Source: an uncultured virus (IMG/VR IMGVR_UViG_3300034355_000834)
Lineage: Duplodnaviria > Heunggongvirae > Uroviricota > Caudoviricetes
Strand: one strand, 5' to 3'
DNA: 64,000 nt
IMG/VR virus record: IMGVR_UViG_3300034355_000834
Every line of letters begins with the position of its first letter. The stretch's first letter is position 1. The notes under the pieces are model-generated. The model was not told where the DNA came from and did no database searches. It saw only the letters and a program-made list of their open reading frames with translations. Positions 48,224 to 57,691 of this stretch are shown here, piece by piece. The position numbers and the translations under genes are program-made.

Positions 48224-48754
48224 ATGAGCTACATGAACCAAGAAAAGAAGGCTGAATTCGCAACCGGCATCAATGATGCAAATTACGAAGATTATAAAAA
48301 TACTGTTAGTCAAGATGGCAGGGCGTTGCAGTACGTACCAGAAGGATTAAGAACACCAGAACTATGCCAGATTGCAATCAGTCAAGATGGTGTGGCATTG
48401 CAGTACGTACCAAAAGAACTGATAACACCAGAGATATGCAAAATCGCTGTTGGCCAAAATGGTTGGGCGTTGCAATATGTTCCAGAAGAATTTATAATTC
48501 CAGAAATATACAAAATCGCTGTTAGTCAAACTGGTTGGGCGTTAGATTTTGTACCAAAAGAACTAAAAACACCAGAACTATGCCAGATTGCAGTTAGCCA
48601 AGATGGCGTGGCATTGGTATATGTGCCAAGAGAATTGAGAACACCAGAATTGTGCAAAATCGCTGTTAGTCAAGATGGTGTGGCATTGGTATATGCGCCA
48701 GAAGAATTACGAGATGAAGTACTCAGAGCGGTAGAACAAGAAAAACAACAATAA
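48224..48754 (+). CDS. DUF4116-like repeat protein with a borrowed N-terminus
   Basis: ~6 repeats of AVSQDG.AL.YVP.EL.TPE.C; first ~16 codons match 47366. Confidence 0.8.
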   Translation: MSYMNQEKKAEFATGINDANYEDYKNTVSQDGRALQYVPEGLRTPELCQIAISQDGVALQYVPKELITPEICKIAVGQNGWALQYVPEEFIIPEIYKIAVSQTGWALDFVPKELKTPELCQIAVSQDGVALVYVPRELRTPELCKIAVSQDGVALVYAPEELRDEVLRAVEQEKQQ

Positions 48755-48772
48755 TTCTTTTCTGAAAATTAG

Positions 48773-48826
48773 TTGACATTCTCAAATCATTCTGTATAAT
48801 ACTCTCCATACCAACCAACACGGAGA
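48773..48826 (+). promoter_or_regulatory. repeated early promoter/leader module, copy 4
   Basis: same string as 12195 and 47307. Confidence 0.8.
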
Positions 48827-48832
48827 CAATCA

Positions 48833-49057
48833 ATGAAATACAAAATCCTTCTCACCGTTGACAACGTTTCTTTTTATACGACGGCATCTGCCATCAAGAA
48901 TGGTGTAGGGCAGTCTCAATCCATCAATGATGCTGCTCGTGCGGTATACAAGGAACTGATGGGCTACCGAAAGGGAGAATCAAATATTCTCCGCAAAACC
49001 ATAGGATGCGGTGGCACCGGATATTTTGGGCATAACGCTCAAATTAATTTGGTCTAA
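48833..49057 (+). CDS. hypothetical early protein
   Basis: ORF behind the repeated promoter. Confidence 0.6.
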   Translation: MKYKILLTVDNVSFYTTASAIKNGVGQSQSINDAARAVYKELMGYRKGESNILRKTIGCGGTGYFGHNAQINLV

Positions 49058-49122
49058 CGCTTGACAACCACCAAAAAACACTGTACAATTTACTTTCACT
49101 TCAACTCTCAGGAGATAATATC

Positions 49123-49314
49123 ATGACTTGGCTACTTGTTCTGTCTATGTTTTCCAACCCAGATGGCAACTATGTTCGTGCGTTCAACACCGAAGCTGAA
49201 TGTACAAAAGAAATGAAGGCATTTATCAAAAAGAATGATGGCAACACCGATGTTAAATATATCGGTTGCACCTCAACGCAATCAGCAATGGCTTCAGTTG
49301 GTGACGACGAGTGA
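49123..49314 (+). CDS. small hypothetical protein
   Basis: sigma70-like promoter and AGGAG SD upstream. Confidence 0.55.
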   Translation: MTWLLVLSMFSNPDGNYVRAFNTEAECTKEMKAFIKKNDGNTDVKYIGCTSTQSAMASVGDDE

Positions 49315-49509
49315 GCCAATCAATATGGATGGTGAACATCGCAGTCGGATGTTCACCCTCATTATCAAACGATGAACTCATCAACCGAATCCAAAGAGCA
49401 TTAGATTCAGAGTTCAATGATGATTCATTTGCTGTAGTAAAAAATTCATCTATCGTAGACGGACCAGAAAAGGTATTTTTAACCATGATTCACAACAAGG
49501 AAAACAAAA

Positions 49510-49896
49510 ATGTCTGATATTGATTATTCAAAATTCCCAATCATATCCACCCACGATTTTGAGTATGTAGAAATTGATGCACTCAAAATCGAGGATGATG
49601 TTTATGTCGCAATGCTAAACTTCTTCAAAGAAAACGAGCAAGAAGATAATTCGGTAGATGGTTTTTCACTAGATACTGCAATCTACGGAGAAACACTAAA
49701 GGAATTGTTTGACAAAATAGGATTTCTGTTTAGTTCAGGTTTATTTGATAATATCAATGTTGGAACTCACGGCAGTCTTTGGGGCATTGATGGAGAACGA
49801 ATTGATTCAATTTGCTGGATGCACGAAGGTGGCATAGATGTTGATCACGATCATGATGAATCCATTTCAGAAGAAGTGAAGCCCACACTACATTAA
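49510..49896 (+). CDS. acidic hypothetical protein
   Basis: ORF with SD. Confidence 0.6.
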   Translation: MSDIDYSKFPIISTHDFEYVEIDALKIEDDVYVAMLNFFKENEQEDNSVDGFSLDTAIYGETLKELFDKIGFLFSSGLFDNINVGTHGSLWGIDGERIDSICWMHEGGIDVDHDHDESISEEVKPTLH

Positions 49897-49900
49897 AACA

Positions 49901-50131
49901 ATGAAAATATTTTTAATTCTATTCGCACTTTTGTCCACAAACATTAGTGCAAATCAACCGGGTGTAATCAACCCACCCAACACGTTTACTGCTCTTGTGC
50001 GTTTTAACAATGGCACGACAACGACCTTAACCATTAACGCGATCAATATGTCAATCGCTCGGGATTTAGCACAAGCACAATGTGGTGGACCCAGTAATTG
50101 CACCATAATGGTCGTAAGTTCAAAAAATTAA
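49901..50131 (+). CDS. small secreted hypothetical protein
   Basis: signal-peptide-like N-terminus. Confidence 0.5.
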   Translation: MKIFLILFALLSTNISANQPGVINPPNTFTALVRFNNGTTTTLTINAINMSIARDLAQAQCGGPSNCTIMVVSSKN

Positions 50132-50148
50132 CCAAAAGGAAACACACA

Positions 50149-50352
50149 ATGAAAATCAATATGATGATGGTAATTATCGCAGTAGCGTTTTTCTCGCTAG
50201 CTGGCTATATGGGCGGTCAAATGTATAATGATCATCAAGCAATTAAGGCAGGGCTACAACAATGCTTGGTTCAAACAAAGGAAGGCACCTATTATAAAGT
50301 ATGGGCTACCACTTGTGATAATCTTATTGTTGAGATTGAATCGGAACAATGA
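50149..50352 (+). CDS. small membrane protein
   Basis: hydrophobic N-terminal helix. Confidence 0.5.
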   Translation: MKINMMMVIIAVAFFSLAGYMGGQMYNDHQAIKAGLQQCLVQTKEGTYYKVWATTCDNLIVEIESEQ

Positions 50353-50924
50353 AATTAAATCAAGCCATCGCCACGTGGGACTATGCAATCACCAATAGTG
50401 ATTGCCAAAATGTAATTAAATATTTTGAAAAAATGAATTCTATGGGCATGGCTATTTCTCGCCAAGATGAAGGAGAATCGGCTCTTGTCAAAAAAGATAG
50501 AGCCGTGTTTCTTAGTCCATCTATGCTCATCAATTCAATTGACGACTCTTTTTGGACACCGATTCTCTCCAAAGTATGGGATTGTTATCTTGAATACGTA
50601 TCGCATTATGAGATACTAAAGAAATATGATTCAAACAGAATCGTATCATTTAAAATTCAAAAAACAGTGGAAGAAGAAGGATATCATGTTTGGCACTCAG
50701 AAAACATGAGTGTAAATTGTAGTCGTAGATTATTAGCATGGGCGGTCTATCTGAACACCGTAAATCAAGGTGGCGAGACAGAATTTTTACATCAACGGCT
50801 TAGGGTAGAAGCGATAACCGGTCGTGTTGTTATGTGGCCTGCCACGTTTACTCATGTTCATAGAGGTAATCCGCCATTGAGTGGTGAAAAATACCTTCTC
50901 ACAGGATGGATAGAACTTGCTTGA
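50349..50924 (+). CDS. 2OG-Fe(II) oxygenase
   Basis: YHVWHSE, YLN..GGETEF, WPA.FTHVHRG, KY..TGW. Confidence 0.88.
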   Translation: MKLNQAIATWDYAITNSDCQNVIKYFEKMNSMGMAISRQDEGESALVKKDRAVFLSPSMLINSIDDSFWTPILSKVWDCYLEYVSHYEILKKYDSNRIVSFKIQKTVEEEGYHVWHSENMSVNCSRRLLAWAVYLNTVNQGGETEFLHQRLRVEAITGRVVMWPATFTHVHRGNPPLSGEKYLLTGWIELA

Positions 50925-50978
50925 CATCTTCGCGCTACTAAGATAAAATGATTCATTGCCCACACACGGAGACTTAAC

Positions 50979-51569
50979 ATGAAATTTGAAAAGCGCAAGG
51001 GTCTCGAAGGTCCGTTTACCTATTCAAATGGCAGAACGCTGTGAACTACTCCGACCTAAGGGACGGAGCTTCCTGCTTCAACGATCACAGCTACCTCGGT
51101 ATTACTTCAAAAGACCAATGATTTTACGCACCCGATTGGCTCGGAATTGCAACTGCATATCATTGGACCCTGGTAGTCTAACATGATCTCCACAGGCGTC
51201 GATTCGGCCAGTTCCTGGCCTATACTCGTCAAGTGCATCGAGCAATGACGACCCGTAGTCTTGAAACCACCGGCAATAGTTGAATGATTATTGATAGACT
51301 TGGTTTTCGCCTATCTCATTCAACTATTTTTATTTATCAGTTCTTCAACTGATGTAAAATTTTTTTATTAGGAGAAAGTATAGATGTCAAGCATTATTTT
51401 ACGCCGGCCTTATTCTCGAGCTAAAGCACGGGGTTTTGGCATTGGCGAAGAAACTGACAACAAGGAAGGTCAATATTGGGATCCGTTATCGGATTTTTAC
51501 ATTGATCATGAAGAAATTGCAATGTTACAACAGCAAATATTTGACAAGATTTCTGGTAGTTTTTCATAA
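50979..51569 (+). pseudogene. small phage gene interrupted by the IS200/IS605-type element
   Basis: MKFEKRKGLEGPFTYSNGRTL / element / ..DNKEGQYWDPLSDFY; removing 51041-51442 gives one frame. Confidence 0.65.
51041..51446 (-). mobile_element. non-autonomous IS200/IS605-type element, copy 2
   Basis: reverse complement of 20496-20899 with scattered substitutions. Confidence 0.85.
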
Positions 51570-51581
51570 AGGGTTTACAGT

Positions 51582-52121
51582 ATGAGAGCAAAGGAACTGT
51601 TTGAAAAGTTGAATCATTACAACGACGGCACAAGAACTTTGTTTGAAAGCATTGCTGTACCAGAAGTCAATCAAGCTCTTATAGATTGGAACAAACATCA
51701 ACACAACGGAGTGTTGATAGGCGGTTGTGCTCTTAGCTTTTACGTCAGACCAAGGACTACAATGGACGTTGATGTTCTTTTTTTAACGGACGATTCGATA
51801 CCAAAAGAAGTCAGTGGTTTTAAAAGAACAAGACCTTCTGCATTTCAACATAACAAAACACATGTTGAGATTGAACTCGTCACTTCACTGTTGATAGGAA
51901 TATCACAAGAATTAACTCAAAAAGTTTTTGATACTGCGATGATCTCCGACAATGTTAAAATCGCAAGTCCATCCGCTCTTGTTGCATTGAAGCTACATAG
52001 ATTTAATCGCCAAGATCAAGCTGACATAGAAGAATTGATGAATCATTATAACATCGATTTACAAGATTGGCCACTGTCCGAAAAGGCCAAGGCGCATTAC
52101 GAAAAAGTACTGACTTGGTAA
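51582..52121 (+). CDS. AbiEii-like nucleotidyltransferase with MRAKELFE tag
   Basis: IGGCALSFY..PRTTMDVDVL; LVALKL..R.QD.ADI. Confidence 0.75.
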   Translation: MRAKELFEKLNHYNDGTRTLFESIAVPEVNQALIDWNKHQHNGVLIGGCALSFYVRPRTTMDVDVLFLTDDSIPKEVSGFKRTRPSAFQHNKTHVEIELVTSLLIGISQELTQKVFDTAMISDNVKIASPSALVALKLHRFNRQDQADIEELMNHYNIDLQDWPLSEKAKAHYEKVLTW

Positions 52122-52687
52122 TGAAAATCAACGAAATCATAACCAGCGAAACAATGCGCGGGTCAAACGTTGATAAAATTGCAACTAAGTTCGCAAATGA
52201 ACAATATGATTATTTAAAGTCTGGCAATCACATAGGCGATATTGAGGAATACAAAGTTATTCGAAAAAGTAATTTTTACTCAATTTGGAAAGAATCAACT
52301 CTGGTAGGTTTTGCTTCACTGACCGACGAATCAGTTGTTGACGATGTTTGGATAAATCCGGAGTATCGAGGGAAAAAGTTATTTTCAAAATTACTTTGGT
52401 TTTTCAAAACAAGATTGAATCACCCAATGCTTTTAATTGGGAAAATGCATTCGCCAATGATGCAAGAGGTAATTCATGGACTATCAAGATTCAAGAAATA
52501 CTGGTATAATATAGAAACAGGGCAAACAACAGAATTTGATCCAAGTACAACAGATCAATACTATGATCATATGTCACCCACTCAGTGGAGATTAATCTTA
52601 GAAAATACTGGTGATTTTTCGGATTGGCCAAGGTACACAGAAGGCAAATCATACATTTATGAAAATTATTCCGAGTTTGTGAAATGA
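52121..52687 (+). CDS. GNAT-like tagged protein (MKINEII)
   Basis: VWINPEYRGKKLFSKLL. Confidence 0.65.
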   Translation: MKINEIITSETMRGSNVDKIATKFANEQYDYLKSGNHIGDIEEYKVIRKSNFYSIWKESTLVGFASLTDESVVDDVWINPEYRGKKLFSKLLWFFKTRLNHPMLLIGKMHSPMMQEVIHGLSRFKKYWYNIETGQTTEFDPSTTDQYYDHMSPTQWRLILENTGDFSDWPRYTEGKSYIYENYSEFVK

Positions 52688-53283
52688 AAATTTCAGAAAT
52701 AATTACCAATCCGCCCAGAGATGAATATATTGATCAATATCAGTATCATTTTTCCGATTGCCCAACAGTTGCTACCATTAAAAATTCACAGCTAAAAAAA
52801 TGCGAATCACAGGATGAAATTGAATATGGTCTGATTGATTCCAAGGACCATATAGTAGGCTATTTTTCATTAGATCGGTACGATGACGACATTTGGTCAG
52901 TTAATTTAGTTCAATTAGCACAGGCATACAAAGGAATGGGATATGGAACATTCTTTTATGATTATGCTATCATGAACGATAAGCTAAAAATCTTATCGGA
53001 TGCAACAAACACTGAAGGACAATTTGGCTCAAGAGCATTATGGGAAAGGCTAATAAATAATCGTCGCTACGAGATAGTAGGATATGATACAAACACTGAT
53101 TCAGTCATTCCTAATGCCACTTCTGAAATGATTCATAATAATAAACCAAATACAAGATGGTTAGCCATTCCTCCATCAGAGACCATAAACGAATCAATTC
53201 AACGAATTCAGTCTCACATGAAAAAGAGATATGTGGTGTGGTATGGTCCAGGTACCACATCTGAGACCTATTTTAATTACTGA
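52684..53283 (+). CDS. GNAT-like tagged protein (MKISEII)
   Basis: VQLAQAYKGMGYG..FY; ILSD..GSRALWERL. Confidence 0.7.
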   Translation: MKISEIITNPPRDEYIDQYQYHFSDCPTVATIKNSQLKKCESQDEIEYGLIDSKDHIVGYFSLDRYDDDIWSVNLVQLAQAYKGMGYGTFFYDYAIMNDKLKILSDATNTEGQFGSRALWERLINNRRYEIVGYDTNTDSVIPNATSEMIHNNKPNTRWLAIPPSETINESIQRIQSHMKKRYVVWYGPGTTSETYFNY

Positions 53284-53357
53284 CGCCCGATAAATATGAG
53301 TAATCGAGTAGGAAAGATCAACCCACAGACTCTATCGGTTGATTATGCGCGAGGGAT

Positions 53358-53822
53358 ATGAGAATCTACGAAATATTGATAGATAAGCTGATTGAAACCA
53401 GTTTATTTGAAATGGCATTTGATAGAAAAACTGCCAAAAATAAAATAACCGATTTGTCTCCTCTCATATTTGAACACTTATTGAAATTATTCGTATTCAA
53501 TTATCCTCAAGGCCGAGATCATTGGATCACCGAACTAAATGATTGGTTCAAAAGTATCAATAAAATATACTTGAAATCAACAAACAAAAAACCAAGCGGA
53601 ACCAATATCTATAATTGGTTGATTTTTGAATCCGCTCCACACTATGATGTAAATTATCTTGAAGATCAAGTACAGATCATGATTTACGAAGATTATAAAA
53701 ATATACCTATTCATAATTATGACCCAAGTTGGACCTTGAACAAAATTCTGAGTATCATTCAGAATGTTTCGTCGGATATTAGCAAAAACAAATTCAGATC
53801 AATACGAGACTACCTTCCATGA
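53358..53822 (+). CDS. DUF29-like helical protein, paralog 3
   Basis: MRIYEI..LFEMAFDRK; EHLLKL..HWITELNDW. Confidence 0.6.
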   Translation: MRIYEILIDKLIETSLFEMAFDRKTAKNKITDLSPLIFEHLLKLFVFNYPQGRDHWITELNDWFKSINKIYLKSTNKKPSGTNIYNWLIFESAPHYDVNYLEDQVQIMIYEDYKNIPIHNYDPSWTLNKILSIIQNVSSDISKNKFRSIRDYLP

Positions 53823-54169
53823 AACTTGATGAGATTGATCCATTGTATGAAATGTCCGGATTCAAATCCAAGACTACCGGACTACCCGCCAACATAGAAA
53901 TATGGACAAGAACTGAACCACGTAATCATGGACATTCAAGATACCGAGTCAAAGTGAAGAAAGATCGTGAATGGGCAGCTACTTTTTTAGTAGGATCAAA
54001 TCCTAAAATGATAGACAATTACAACCATTCGTTACTCGGAAGAGAGATTGCACAGATACAACAGTTCATCATTCAACATAAATCTGCACTAATCAACCTA
54101 ATTGATGATAAAATAGATTCTGCTGAATGCGGTATCGCCATCATGAAACGACGTGGAGAAGTTATATGA
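53819..54169 (+). CDS. DUF4160-like protein, paralog 2
   Basis: LYEMS..TGLP..IW..HGHSRYRVKV. Confidence 0.6.
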   Translation: MKLDEIDPLYEMSGFKSKTTGLPANIEIWTRTEPRNHGHSRYRVKVKKDREWAATFLVGSNPKMIDNYNHSLLGREIAQIQQFIIQHKSALINLIDDKIDSAECGIAIMKRRGEVI

Positions 54170-54546
54170 TATTTGATGAGATTGATCCATTGTATGAAAT
54201 GTCATGGTTTGATTCCGATGACACTGGATTGCCCATTGGATTGAGTATTTGGCTCAGGGCTGATCCTATGGATCATGGTCACTCTCGCTATCGTCTAAAA
54301 GTAAAAAAGAATAATATACCAGCTGGTATATTTTTGATTAGTTCGCAACCAATTCAAGTAAAACAAATTAGACAAAAATTGTCACCAAAGGAAATAAAAG
54401 CGATTCAAGAGTTCATTCAAGACAACCTGAGTATTTTAATCAATCACATAGATTCAAAAATATCATCTGCAAAATGTGGTATGGATATTCAGAAAAATAG
54501 AGGCGAACTTGGTATCAATGATCAGATGAAAAATTATACTGGTTGA
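54166..54546 (+). CDS. DUF4160-like protein, paralog 3
   Basis: LYEMS..TGLP..IW..HGHSRYRLKV. Confidence 0.6.
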   Translation: MIFDEIDPLYEMSWFDSDDTGLPIGLSIWLRADPMDHGHSRYRLKVKKNNIPAGIFLISSQPIQVKQIRQKLSPKEIKAIQEFIQDNLSILINHIDSKISSAKCGMDIQKNRGELGINDQMKNYTG

Positions 54547-54570
54547 TTTGTTGATGATAAATAATCAATA

Positions 54571-54644
54571 CGGCCTTGACGAGATTCGAACTCGTAACCT
54601 TCCCATTAGTCAAGCAGGCGCTCTGTCCATTGAGCTACAAGGCC
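54571..54644 (-). tRNA. tRNA-like gene with an Arg-like body and aberrant anticodon arm (loop TTGACTA); possible pseudo-tRNA
   Basis: acceptor GGCCTTG/CAAGGCC; D arm GCTC-AATGGACA-GAGC; T arm ACGAG-TTCGAAT-CTCGT; weak anticodon stem. Confidence 0.65.
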
Positions 54645-54732
54645 GTGTCTATATTACACAATTATCATCCGGCAGTCAAGGTAAATTTTTATGGCAGATT
54701 TCGGCGTAGATAAATAGAGTTGAAAATCATTC

Positions 54733-54818
54733 GCTGATGTCCCGTAGTAGCGATCGGAACGGTTTTGTAATCCGTTGGAGAAATCCCATCGTCGGTGCAA
54801 GTCCGACCATCAGCTCCA
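54733..54818 (+). tRNA. tRNA-Thr(UGU) with a long extra arm
   Basis: GCTGATG/CATCAGC-T-CCA; loop TTTGTAA; T arm GTCGG-TGCAAGT-CCGAC. Confidence 0.75.
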
Positions 54819-54825
54819 TTTAAGA

Positions 54826-54850
54826 AAAAGCGCATTTATTGCGCTTTTTT
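54826..54850 (+). terminator. intrinsic terminator
   Basis: aaaagcgca-tttat-tgcgctttttt. Confidence 0.7.
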
Positions 54851-54967
54851 GTTGTCTCTTAAAAAGGTGATAAATAGATGTAGGTAATCGGAGACGTGAG
54901 ACTCTCTGAAACCGGTCTGGAGGACAACGGCTGTCCCTACGACACTATTTATTAACTGGAGGACTCT

Positions 54968-55672
54968 ATGAAAATAATTGCTCTATACGTAAAAACTCAC
55001 AAAAAAACCGGGCTAAAATACCTGGGAAAAACAACGGCAGATCCCTATAACTATACAGGATCAGGAACATATTGGAAGCGACATCTAAAAAAGCACGGCA
55101 GTGACGTTGATACCGAGGTGATAAGATGGTGCACGACCGAATCTATTGAATACTGGGGAATATATTATAGCAACTTATATAATGTCGTGGCAGATCGTAA
55201 ATGGGCCAACTTGAAACAAGAGCAAGGTGATGGAGGATGGGATTATATCCATTCAACAGGACGCAATCGTTATCCAAGAAAAGGCAACGAAAGAGTACTA
55301 AAGAGTTTACAAAAAGCCCAGGAAATATTAAAAGATTTAAAGAAGAATGCCGAATGGGCACATAACTTTTCAAAATCTGTATCCGATGGTGTAAATAACT
55401 ATTACGACAATGGCGGAAAGGGATCGTTCACTGGTAAAAAACACAAGACAGAGACGATAAACAAAATGCATGACACGCATGTTATTAATAAACATCAGCA
55501 AGGAGAGAAAAATTCACAGCACGGCACGATGTGGATAAATAACAATATCGCAAATACAAAATGGGGAAAACATGAGCCTCTTCCTTATGGATGGCAGCAT
55601 GGCAGAAATATGAGTTTGCGATCTTTATCAAAAGAAGAAAAATTAGCATTGCAATCAATCTCAGATAAGTAA
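54968..55672 (+). CDS. GIY-YIG (Seg-like) homing endonuclease in the tRNA cluster
   Basis: LYVKTH..YLGKT..YTGSG.YW; GKKH and GEKNSQHG NUMOD-type motifs. Confidence 0.82.
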   Translation: MKIIALYVKTHKKTGLKYLGKTTADPYNYTGSGTYWKRHLKKHGSDVDTEVIRWCTTESIEYWGIYYSNLYNVVADRKWANLKQEQGDGGWDYIHSTGRNRYPRKGNERVLKSLQKAQEILKDLKKNAEWAHNFSKSVSDGVNNYYDNGGKGSFTGKKHKTETINKMHDTHVINKHQQGEKNSQHGTMWINNNIANTKWGKHEPLPYGWQHGRNMSLRSLSKEEKLALQSISDK

Positions 55673-55687
55673 CATAACAATTTATAT

Positions 55688-55765
55688 TCCGGGTTAGCAA
55701 TCATGGAGAATGCGCTTGCCTGTTAAGCAAGAATGAGGCTGGATCGTTACCAGCACCCGGAGCCA
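55688..55765 (+). tRNA. tRNA-Asn(GUU)
   Basis: TCCGGGT/ACCCGGA-G-CCA; CTTGC-CTGTTAA-GCAAG. Confidence 0.85.
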
Positions 55766-55918
55766 ATTTTCACGTTGTAGATCAACGACTTAAAACCCCG
55801 CATCATAGGGGTTTTATTTTGCCCAAAATTTATCAGCCTTGAAATTCACCCAACACTCACCGATCCCAAAATTCATCTATTGACATTTATGCCACAACAT
55901 GTTACACTGTATTTGAGT

Positions 55919-56001
55919 CGGGTTGTGGCGGAATTGGTAGACGCAGTTACCTACCAAGTAACTATCACCACGGTGTGCAAGTTCAAATCTTGTCAACCCG
56001 A
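55919..56001 (+). tRNA. class II Leu-type tRNA body with anticodon ACC (Gly)
   Basis: CGGGTTG/CAACCCG-A; TGGCGGAATTGGTAGACGC; GTTAC-CTACCAA-GTAAC; long variable arm; upstream TTGACA-N17-TACACT. Confidence 0.7.
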
Positions 56002-56291
56002 TATCACTTAGATAAATAATAGTAGCATCGTGGTATCACGCTACAACACGTTTGGCTATTGGTACGCTGAACATCTTAGAAGCCTCAACATCGGGGCTTT
56101 TATTTTGCCTGTATTTTGCAGCTTGACATCTACCGCAACATAGCGTACAATGGTCTATAAATACATAAAGAGGTATATGATCATGAACAACGAATTATCA
56201 CTAAAAGAAAAGATTATCATAGCAAACAGCATGGTGACACGTCTTAAAAAACTGAATAAGTTATTTGAAAAGTACGAAAATAAGAATAAAA

Positions 56292-56567
56292 ATGAAAATC
56301 ACAGAGATAGTAATATCAGACGAACTAAAGATATTTGAGTACATCAAAGATCAGCAGATTGCTAGTGAGATATACGCTCTTTACCATAGCCTTGGTCGAG
56401 TAACAGATAATTTTATATACGAGCACTACGAGGTATTCGCTCACAGCGACGTATTCGATACATTAAACGACCTTGATCACTTAACTCGTGAAGCAGCAAA
56501 TATATTTGATCCAAACGATCAGGTGATGGAAGTGCTGAGATTTCTAACAGACTATTTTGAACGATAA
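56292..56567 (+). CDS. tagged hypothetical protein (MKITEIV)
   Basis: ORF. Confidence 0.55.
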   Translation: MKITEIVISDELKIFEYIKDQQIASEIYALYHSLGRVTDNFIYEHYEVFAHSDVFDTLNDLDHLTREAANIFDPNDQVMEVLRFLTDYFER

Positions 56568-56740
56568 GCCCTCATCATAGGGGTTTTATTTTACCCTCAT
56601 TTTACCCCCCACGCTCCACCACAATCACCACACACTCCAATGCCACAATCATTCAACATTCCTCACTCACCCACCACAACTCACATCATATTTGACATTG
56701 ACTTCATCATGATGTACAATAAATACCAAGAAGGTTTACT

Positions 56741-56962
56741 ATGACACCATCAATAGAAAAAATAAAAGAAATGTTAGCTACAAATGGACTATATCCCAAA
56801 GCAGGAAAGTCGGATGAAGAAATAATTGATGCAGCAAAAAAGATAATCCAATGGACTTTAGGAATGCAAGTGATGCAAAATAAGCGAGAATTGAATGAAA
56901 ATAAAAGAAATAATCGTGAGTTGGTTGGCTGGATCAAACTTGATGGAGATGGCGTATCGTAG
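56741..56962 (+). CDS. hypothetical protein
   Basis: ORF after a sigma70-like promoter; overlaps the next gene. Confidence 0.4.
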   Translation: MTPSIEKIKEMLATNGLYPKAGKSDEEIIDAAKKIIQWTLGMQVMQNKRELNENKRNNRELVGWIKLDGDGVS

Positions 56963-57524
56963 GAACGAAATTGAATCCAAAATTACTGCATTAAGTGATC
57001 CTATCACCGATCATCTTATCAAAATACTGAAATGGAATGACCCAATCAACTACAAAAAACATTGTAATGACATTGACAAGTGGTTATTCAAAATCCAAGC
57101 ATTCAAATTAAAACAAAATAGACGGCCCTCACAATCAGATTATTTCCAATGGATGTTCAGTGATGTTGCCGCAAATGAATTGACTGTTAAGAGATTTATT
57201 CGCGGATTACACGAATATCATCATTTGCCTATTATTCGCGATGATTTTGAAGTATACGATATGCTTAAAGCAATTTTTTACCAATTGAGTTATGATCTGC
57301 ATCTAAATAGGTTTGAAACAATCTTAGATTATCTACCAAAAATGAACAAATTTGAAATTGATACCACGCTTATAGATCGTCTTGATTATTTTAATGATGA
57401 TCCAGAATCACTTATTACATTATTGCCAAATACTTTGCCTATTACCAAAAAAGAGCTTAAACAGATTATTAAACACATTCTGATAGAAGATAAGGAATTG
57501 ATTGAGGAACTCAAGTATGTCTAA
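56895..57524 (+). CDS. DUF29-like helical protein, paralog 4, with C-terminal extension
   Basis: MKIKEII..LMEMAYRR; DHLIKIL..KHCNDIDKW. Confidence 0.6.
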   Translation: MKIKEIIVSWLAGSNLMEMAYRRNEIESKITALSDPITDHLIKILKWNDPINYKKHCNDIDKWLFKIQAFKLKQNRRPSQSDYFQWMFSDVAANELTVKRFIRGLHEYHHLPIIRDDFEVYDMLKAIFYQLSYDLHLNRFETILDYLPKMNKFEIDTTLIDRLDYFNDDPESLITLLPNTLPITKKELKQIIKHILIEDKELIEELKYV

Positions 57525-57691
57525 TGTTACTGAGTCTATGAAGGAGTACAAGGATGTACGACGACCCCTCAAACGCATATTCGGCGAGTCATTGCGTAGC
57601 AGGACGTTTTGGGGCTAATGGGTGATTATCCCCGCTGTTTCTCAGATAAAAAACACTTGACTTCTTGGTCAGGTAATGATATAAATAAAGT

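Noticed and set aside
48300..48710. CRISPR or DGR-type repeats
   Set aside because: In-frame 25-aa protein repeats; no reverse transcriptase in the window
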